Under the pieces are notes generated by a model. The model was not told where the DNA came from. It made no database searches and saw nothing but the letters and a program-made list of their open reading frames with translations. 39,515 nt of DNA from a virus (Duplodnaviria > Caudoviricetes): positions 1 to 39,515 of IMG/VR virus record IMGVR_UViG_3300044580_000079; one strand, 5' to 3'. How positions within the stretch are numbered: the stretch's first letter is position 1; every line of letters begins with the position of its first letter. Shown here one piece after another: positions 33,277-39,515 of the stretch. A program made the translations under genes and the position numbers.

Positions 33277-35126
33277 GTTCGACCCCTCGGATCAATCCAA
33301 CCAAGTGTAGCAATACGAACAACGGTAGAAGTATTAGGATCATCCTGCCTATACCGAATTTGTTGTGTTGTATTAGTTGGTAATCTCATAAAATCCATAG
33401 TATTTTGTGCGGTCGATGAATCACTCCAGTTTGTAGCAAGCGGAGCATCGGTTGAGCTTGGAGCTTCATCATTTACCCCCACACTACTAAAATAAATCAT
33501 CTTATTAACATTGGGAGTATAGTGCATCCAGTTAAACAGGGCTTCCACCCTTAATCCCGGAGGAACCGCCATTACCGCAAGAACAGCACTTGTTCCGGGG
33601 TTCGTTGTGTCGTGCGTGTATAATGGGTCTTTCCACCAAAATTCATCACCCCATTGGTCAAAGCCAAGGATATTACCAGAAGCATCCGTCCTAATTGATC
33701 CGATCCTACGATAGGCAGAATATCCAGACGGAATGTTTGCAGCCGTCACGGAAGTATCAAAACCAAAATCAATGCTTCCATCCGAATCCTTACGGATCAC
33801 AAAGCAATGATACCAAGTGCTGTTAGCCTTCGATCCACTAAACAGACCGCCCTGATTATTACCAGCGGCCCATGAAGCATCTAACTGTTTCGTCATCGTA
33901 GAGGTTGTTTTGGCAACATACCGATGCGAAGAATTATCCACCGAAGCCCTTCCAGGCCCAAAGTCAATGTCGTTGTTCGGATCGGAAGAGTTATTGGAAA
34001 GAGTAAATCCCTCAATAAAGTTTGGACAGATCAGATCAAGCAAGTCTTGGGCATGAAGACCTTCCCATTGATCGGCATTCAGCCCGGTTACAAGTTCTCC
34101 CTGCCCATTGGCCCCGATCACAAAGGGAGCCTCGGTCGAAGATGGCGATACGTGAATATTGCCAGAAGAAACCTTCAGATCGCCACGCTTAATGTCAACT
34201 TCACCGGCATCAGAGATAGAAATGTTTTGTGCTGTTTCGGCCTGATTCTTAAAAACAATTCCCCCGGTTCCTCCGGTAATTACAAAGATATTGCTTCCGT
34301 CCTCACCAATCCTTCCACCATATCCACCACCCGTTTCCCTAAACAGAATTTGAACACCGTTCTGAATAACAACATATCCGGCGAATTCAACGGTCTTGTG
34401 GGAATACCCCTGAATAATAAATTCGGCAGCATTGTTATATATGGCAAATCCATTTACGCCGGAAACAATTTGCAATATATTGCCAGTAGAGTTGACAAGG
34501 TAAGCAGCATTCTCACTATTGCCTTTAAGATATAAAGCCTTATTATTAGGAATGGTTAAGGAGCCATATAAAACAACATCAGGCCCATCCAGGTATAATC
34601 CCGTGTTGGAATAGTTTTTTAGAACCGCTCCACCACCACCTCCGGGCCAAAAGCCGTTGACGACAGTTCCAACACCATGAATCTTCAGTCCGCCCCAATC
34701 GGCAACCGACATAGAATTGGAACCGTCAAGCTTCAGTCTGGTATTCTGAAGATCGGTAACGGCAGTTTCAAGTAAGCTAATATCGCTTCCGTTCGACAGG
34801 ATTTCCGCTTCGATCTCATCCAACTTCCCGGCAGTAATGACGTGCGCAATGTTGTCGGACGCAAGCCAGGACGATGCGCCGGTTCCCTCCTGTGCCCTTG
34901 TAATCGTAAAAACGTCACCGGACACCCGTTCCATTTTGACAATCTCACGGCTTAGATCAAGCAATGGGCTTGCCAAACTACCAGACCAAATGACAGCCAT
35001 AAAAGGGCCGGTAGCCGGAAACAGGTCGCCATCGCCGGAGGAAACCTGAAGGGTAGTGGCATCATGGGCAATGCCACTAAGAAGTTTGCTATATGCAAAA
35101 TTTTTGTTTTTCAGTTCAATAGCCAT
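33273..35126 (-). CDS. Tail fibre / receptor-binding protein
   Basis: N-terminal anchor EIVK...TITRAQEGT; Gly-rich beta repeats; LNADQWEG linker; C-terminal YRRIGS domain. Confidence 0.82.
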   Translation of the reverse strand: MAIELKNKNFAYSKLLSGIAHDATTLQVSSGDGDLFPATGPFMAVIWSGSLASPLLDLSREIVKMERVSGDVFTITRAQEGTGASSWLASDNIAHVITAGKLDEIEAEILSNGSDISLLETAVTDLQNTRLKLDGSNSMSVADWGGLKIHGVGTVVNGFWPGGGGGAVLKNYSNTGLYLDGPDVVLYGSLTIPNNKALYLKGNSENAAYLVNSTGNILQIVSGVNGFAIYNNAAEFIIQGYSHKTVEFAGYVVIQNGVQILFRETGGGYGGRIGEDGSNIFVITGGTGGIVFKNQAETAQNISISDAGEVDIKRGDLKVSSGNIHVSPSSTEAPFVIGANGQGELVTGLNADQWEGLHAQDLLDLICPNFIEGFTLSNNSSDPNNDIDFGPGRASVDNSSHRYVAKTTSTMTKQLDASWAAGNNQGGLFSGSKANSTWYHCFVIRKDSDGSIDFGFDTSVTAANIPSGYSAYRRIGSIRTDASGNILGFDQWGDEFWWKDPLYTHDTTNPGTSAVLAVMAVPPGLRVEALFNWMHYTPNVNKMIYFSSVGVNDEAPSSTDAPLATNWSDSSTAQNTMDFMRLPTNTTQQIRYRQDDPNTSTVVRIATLGWIDPRGRT

Positions 35127-35306
35127 AATCCTATTCCAGACTCAAACCAAGCTTAAAAAACTCGTTTAAATCATTTGGAATTTGACTTTCATCTCCGGCA
35201 ACAAACGCTTCACCATACAAGGTCTGTGCCGGTTTTCCCGCAACACTCCTTAGAGTATTTGGCATAATTTGTTCATAAATAATGAACGAAATAAAATTGC
35301 CATTCT

Positions 35307-35888
35307 CTATTCTTTGGATAACCTGATACGTGACGGAGCTTGCAGATCGCCCTGAGAAGGTAGTGACGGATTGGCTCTTTGATAGGTAAAAGGGACGCTT
35401 GCTGACTCTGCCGACCTCCCTCCCCACGCATCAACCACAACGGCTTTAACGGAAATATAGTGAATACCATAGGAAACGTTAGCCAAATCTTCATGTAAAA
35501 TAATAGAACCGTCCTGCAAGGCATAGGCAGCACTTATAATCTCTCCCCCAATCGGAATGGTTCGATTGGCATCCTGATATTCCTGAATCACAAAGTGGGT
35601 AGGTTGTAAGACGGTCGTAGGATACGGATCACATACAAGGAAGGGGGAAGCACCGGCAATGCCAACCATAATGGTCAGAAAAAATAAGATTGCCGAAACA
35701 GTAGTTTTAACCGGAAGGGGAAACTGCTTAATATAGTTTGCAACGCCGATAATTGCCCCAAACAAAGCAACCAATCCAAGACGTTCCCAACTCAGAGATT
35801 CAGGAACCACAAGATAAACAGCAACCGCATTACCAACTCCGCTCAAAAGAGCAGACAACAAACCAATTCCCCATTTTCTCCAATCCAT
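35307..35888 (-). CDS. Membrane protein: holin-like TM segments fused to exported beta-sandwich domain
   Basis: Two TMs, third signal-like segment ending AGA, then PFLVCDP...SVPF. Confidence 0.6.
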   Translation of the reverse strand: MDWRKWGIGLLSALLSGVGNAVAVYLVVPESLSWERLGLVALFGAIIGVANYIKQFPLPVKTTVSAILFFLTIMVGIAGASPFLVCDPYPTTVLQPTHFVIQEYQDANRTIPIGGEIISAAYALQDGSIILHEDLANVSYGIHYISVKAVVVDAWGGRSAESASVPFTYQRANPSLPSQGDLQAPSRIRLSKE

Positions 35889-35903
35889 ATTAATCCTCCT
35901 TTT

Positions 35904-36608
35904 TTATTCGCCAGTTATAAAATCAAAGTCCAAACCACCGCCTTGAAGTTTTTTGGGAAGATAGGAACGAATCCGCAGGGTGGTAAGGGCAGCCTTCGCA
36001 CTTAACTCGGCTTTGGCAAGTTTTTGCAGCGCAGATTCATAGAGTCCTTTCCATGTTGCTATTCGGGGATCGTTCATTAAATATGGTTCGGCCTGAGCTA
36101 AAGCCCCGTACAAAAGCACTTCCCATGCATTATCAGTCCACCAATTTGTATCACTATCATTCACAAGCTCATCTGAATAAGCATAAAAACCCATATCATA
36201 AGTATAGGTTTGATCGGGAGTGGGCCTTACCAAAAGTTCCCCCTGCTCTTCCAGAAAAGCAAAAAGAACCGGCCTACCCTCCGCATCACTTGGATATGGA
36301 TACAAGTTAAGTGCAGTTTCGGGCGATACCGCATCAAGGGGATAATATCTTCCGTTTAAAAGAACCTTGAGCCACCGTACCTCCTTAATATTGTCGGGCA
36401 AAGTAATATATGCCTCATCCGAAGATACGGTTTGCCTTTTCTTCATGCACGTCCAGTTAATGATCGTAAGCCGATCATGCAAAATAACCTGACCACGTTC
36501 AGCATCACGTTGAGCCAAATTAATAAAATTTGGTATTTCCGTGGTCAAGTCCGTGCGGTTCAAATATGCAGCCACCTTTGTTTTGAGATCACCAAAGTTC
36601 ATTTCCAT
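35904..36608 (-). CDS. Head-tail adaptor / tail tubular protein A
   Basis: LNRTDL..IP.FI.LA, PTPD, DTNW, LLYGAL.QA.PYL.ND.R..W. Confidence 0.82.
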   Translation of the reverse strand: MEMNFGDLKTKVAAYLNRTDLTTEIPNFINLAQRDAERGQVILHDRLTIINWTCMKKRQTVSSDEAYITLPDNIKEVRWLKVLLNGRYYPLDAVSPETALNLYPYPSDAEGRPVLFAFLEEQGELLVRPTPDQTYTYDMGFYAYSDELVNDSDTNWWTDNAWEVLLYGALAQAEPYLMNDPRIATWKGLYESALQKLAKAELSAKAALTTLRIRSYLPKKLQGGGLDFDFITGE

Positions 36609-36638
36609 TCTCCGTTCACTTTCTGTGAACGCAAATCA

Positions 36639-36968
36639 TTACTCACCGGCAATATAAAGATACAGGTTTATGGTTCCACCAGAACCACCCGGCTGGCCAC
36701 TCAGCGTTCCCATAATTTCACATCCCTCAATAAACGGAAGGCGCAATTCAATCGGATAGGGTGCGTTCTTTGAAATCGAAGCAACCGACTTCATAAGCTT
36801 TGCGCCATCAGATTTATATCGAATTGTGAGAGTAACAGAGTTGGTAAAGTTGGGAACGTCAACCACCAAAACCGTAGCTTCCGCATTGACATTGGGGGCA
36901 ACAAAGGAGAAGGTTTTGGAAATATCAGTCGCACCATAAACCAAAGTTCCAGACAATCTTGAATACAT
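36639..36968 (-). CDS. Hypothetical virion protein (beta-rich)
   Basis: Position between capsid decoration and adaptor genes. Confidence 0.6.
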   Translation of the reverse strand: MYSRLSGTLVYGATDISKTFSFVAPNVNAEATVLVVDVPNFTNSVTLTIRYKSDGAKLMKSVASISKNAPYPIELRLPFIEGCEIMGTLSGQPGGSGGTINLYLYIAGE

Positions 36969-36979
36969 TTTGAACCCCT

Positions 36980-37010
36980 AAAAAAACGAAAGGGTGGATA
37001 TACTCCACCC
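36980..37010 (-). terminator. Intrinsic terminator
   Basis: GGGTGGA-N5-TCCACCC then TTTCGTTTTTTT on minus strand. Confidence 0.75.
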
Positions 37011-37016
37011 CTCCGG

Positions 37017-37238
37017 TTATCGTTCAAGCCAAGAACGAAGCGAAGCAATCTCCGCTTTCAACTCACTAACACAATCCACCAACGCATTGATCGTGGCAAT
37101 AGCAGCGTCCCTGTGGGCAGACGTATCCCACGCACCGGCAGTCGCCCCGGTTCCACCGTCAGGAGCATCGGAGGGCGTAGCCGTCACAATCAATGAGGTG
37201 GGCAATGGATCAAGTCGAGTATTAATTCCACCAGACAT
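37017..37238 (-). CDS. Head fibre/decoration-like protein
   Basis: Directly after coat; AIATINAL...L coiled coil; start re-called at MSGG. Confidence 0.55.
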   Translation of the reverse strand: MSGGINTRLDPLPTSLIVTATPSDAPDGGTGATAGAWDTSAHRDAAIATINALVDCVSELKAEIASLRSWLER

Positions 37239-37259
37239 ATTTTTTACTCCAATCAAATG

Positions 37260-37279
37260 CGGGGGGATTGCTCCCCCCG
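37260..37279 (-). terminator. Hairpin downstream of capsid gene
   Basis: CGGGGGGA-GCAA-TCCCCCCG (GNRA loop), weak U tract. Confidence 0.6.
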
Positions 37280-37286
37280 GCTAAGA

Positions 37287-38489
37287 TTAACCAACCAACC
37301 GAACCCCGATCTCAGGATAAATGCATTTCACGCCAAACAGGATGTCAAGACGAATCTTGTCCTTGTCGTTCGTGAAATCATAATCCTTGATAACCCGGAT
37401 GCTCAGGTTGTTATAGGTTTCACGGGCCTTGAACGCAGCACCATCAGGCAGTTCCAGGGGAACCATCACAAGAGCAAAGCAGTTCTTGTGGATAGCAAGG
37501 TTCGCATAGTGCGAATCAATCGGCGTAACAACCGCATTGGCTTGCGGGAACGCATTAATGGTAGCCCAAGCGGGGCGAGTTGTATCAGCCGAAGTCCGCA
37601 TTTCTGGATACACCGAAACGGTGCAGTCACCGGAACCATCAGAGTCGGCATCCGCAGTAGCAACAAACTGCATCAGTAGTCCCGTGGACTGATGGTTCGC
37701 CGGGTTTAACCCATACACACTCGCAACCGTGAAAACGTCACCGGCTTTTACCGCACCCGTTTTGGAGGTATCCATTCCCTTTAAAACAAGAGACGTGGCC
37801 CCCTGAGAGCTTACCGTAGTTTTCACAGCCACGCTTCCATCCCATCCAATACCCATCGTATGCGCCTGAATCCCCTGCATTCCGTAAATGTCGAAGTTGG
37901 CGATTTCACCAAGACGACCCCGGCGAATCATATCCTTCGCCATTCCAGAATCAAAGGTTCCCTTCAGGGCATCAGCCATCGCCCACCGTGCTCCGGGTTC
38001 CAGGAACAGAAGCCGGTTTCCGTCATCGGGCATGGCATATTTGTCCATCACCTTCGCAGCAGCAGCCAAGGAAGCAAAAGAGTTGGGAGCCACTCCCGCC
38101 GTACCCGCAGCGAAGTTGAGGTACTTGTAAAGGGAAGCCAGAGCAGTATCAACCTTATTTGCCAGAGTAGAGCAGGCCGGTTTGATATACCGCTCAGAAT
38201 ACTCCTCAATCGTCAGGGTTAATTCCTGGGAGCTAAACTGCCAAGCGACATGCTCCTGGGTATCAATCGTAATTGAGGTATTGGACTCGTAAACATCTTC
38301 CAGAGCAGAAATCGTGGCCCCGGACTCACCGTAAAATCGGACAGGTTTCCGAATGTTGACAGTTCCACCCACCTTGACAAACTCTTTCTTGTATTGCCTG
38401 TGAACAAGACCGCCAAGAACCAGATGGTTCTCAAGCTGCATCAAGGCTTCTTTGGCAATGACGGTGGGGGTGATAAGAGTGTTCGACAT
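37287..38489 (-). CDS. Major capsid protein (P22 gp5-like coat)
   Basis: MSNTLITP.VIAKEAL, KVG.TVNIRKP, YIKPA..LANKVD, GDVFT.A, RLDILFG. Confidence 0.93.
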   Translation of the reverse strand: MSNTLITPTVIAKEALMQLENHLVLGGLVHRQYKKEFVKVGGTVNIRKPVRFYGESGATISALEDVYESNTSITIDTQEHVAWQFSSQELTLTIEEYSERYIKPACSTLANKVDTALASLYKYLNFAAGTAGVAPNSFASLAAAAKVMDKYAMPDDGNRLLFLEPGARWAMADALKGTFDSGMAKDMIRRGRLGEIANFDIYGMQGIQAHTMGIGWDGSVAVKTTVSSQGATSLVLKGMDTSKTGAVKAGDVFTVASVYGLNPANHQSTGLLMQFVATADADSDGSGDCTVSVYPEMRTSADTTRPAWATINAFPQANAVVTPIDSHYANLAIHKNCFALVMVPLELPDGAAFKARETYNNLSIRVIKDYDFTNDKDKIRLDILFGVKCIYPEIGVRLVG

Positions 38490-38502
38490 CTAAACAATCC
38501 TC

Positions 38503-39438
38503 CTAAGATTTTTTTTCTCTCCATTTCCGATATTCGGACATGGACATCTCGGAGGGGTCTTTCGATTTTGTTTTTTCCAACTCCCCGCCAGACCCCGCCC
38601 GAACAAGAGGCGTAGGAGCATCTTTTTTGACCTTTCCTTCGGCAGTCTGGCTTGCGTTGAGTTTGTCGTACACCTTATTCAGCACTTTCGTCAGTTTGAC
38701 CGCTAACGGCCCAAATTTCGTTGGGTCGGTAATGGTTTCGATTTCCTCATTGCTCAAACCAAGACCGACAGCAAACTCCGTCAATTTAGGAGCTTTCCTT
38801 TCAAAGTCCGGTATGGCTTCAAGGATTTCACGCTTTGCGGTTGCATACAGAAGTTCCTGTCGTCTCATTCCCTCAAGGCGTTCCTGCCTCTCCAAAACAA
38901 GACGATCCTTCACTTCCTGCAACTCAACAATTTTTCTTTGTGCTTCGGCGTAATTCGGATCGGTCGGATCAATCGCCACCAACCTCTTAATATGGGACAT
39001 GATCTCCGCATTTACTTGTGCAGGATTCTGCATGTATTCGTTGACCAAGGCTTCCCACTTATTCGGCTGCCTTTGCTGAACCTGACCTTCAAGCCGTTTT
39101 CTCAACTCAGCCAATTGCTGAAACTTCTGGTCAAAACCCCGTTGGAACGACTTCATGAGAAGCTTTCCTTCGGGCGACAACCTTGAGGTATCTATCTCTC
39201 CTTCACTCTGAAGAAGAGCCTCAAGTTCGTCTGGCGTATAAACTGCTTTAACGGTCTTTTCCTTGGATGATTCGCCTTTATCATCCGTGGATTTCTCGTC
39301 AACCTTCTCACCCTTCGGTTCCGACTCATCGGCCTTGCCGGTAAGATCGTTGGGAGACAACCGCACGTCCTTCGTTGCGTTGTCCTGAATAACATCAGAA
39401 TCGCCTAACGAATCGACAAAAATTTCTTCCTTTGGCAT
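38503..39438 (-). CDS. Scaffolding protein
   Basis: Acidic N-terminus, coiled coil, C-terminal DPSEMSMSEYRKWR; upstream of coat; GGAGG RBS at MPKEE. Confidence 0.82.
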   Translation of the reverse strand: MPKEEIFVDSLGDSDVIQDNATKDVRLSPNDLTGKADESEPKGEKVDEKSTDDKGESSKEKTVKAVYTPDELEALLQSEGEIDTSRLSPEGKLLMKSFQRGFDQKFQQLAELRKRLEGQVQQRQPNKWEALVNEYMQNPAQVNAEIMSHIKRLVAIDPTDPNYAEAQRKIVELQEVKDRLVLERQERLEGMRRQELLYATAKREILEAIPDFERKAPKLTEFAVGLGLSNEEIETITDPTKFGPLAVKLTKVLNKVYDKLNASQTAEGKVKKDAPTPLVRAGSGGELEKTKSKDPSEMSMSEYRKWREKKS

Positions 39439-39460
39439 GTACCCTCCATGTTTCGGGCGC

Positions 39461-39515
39461 AAAAAAGCGCAAAACACTTTCATGCCATGCGCTCTCCCTA
39501 CCCGATTTAGTTTTA
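39461..39515. repeat. 55-bp direct repeat identical to 1..55
   Basis: Direct sequence identity. Confidence 0.97.

Noticed and set aside
30678-35126. Diversity-generating retroelement or invertible tail-fibre cassette
   Set aside because: No reverse transcriptase, invertase or duplicated template/variable repeat seen

Overview
The window is an apparently complete, circular temperate phage genome of about 39.46 kb; the first and last 55 nt are identical. It has a podovirus-type (P22-like coat, portal and tail tube) virion. The minus strand carries a long late module: TerS, TerL, portal, scaffold, coat, adaptor, tail fibres, tail tube, a GNAT/transglutaminase enzyme cluster, ejection proteins including a 1299-aa polyvalent-type protein, holin and lysozyme. 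It also carries a nucleotide-enzyme operon and a recombination/replication operon (Cas4-like nuclease, ERF, primase-polymerase/helicase with an internal iteron origin). The plus strand carries an ArdC-led early operon, a CI-like repressor, a tyrosine integrase and an attP containing the 3' half of a tRNA (probably Arg). The most unusual observations are: (1) the repressor's strong RBS and ATG are one base out of frame across an A8 tract and its autocleavage residues look degenerate, a possible slippage-controlled lysis/lysogeny switch; (2) a protein-modification cassette (three GNAT-like genes plus a transglutaminase-like Cys enzyme) sits between a tail fibre and a leader-bearing virion protein; (3) a chimeric attP fuses the 5' end of a NYN-nuclease gene to the tRNA half; (4) DnaA boxes and paired palindromic operators lie around ardC. 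All product calls come from motif recognition by eye; no database searches were run.
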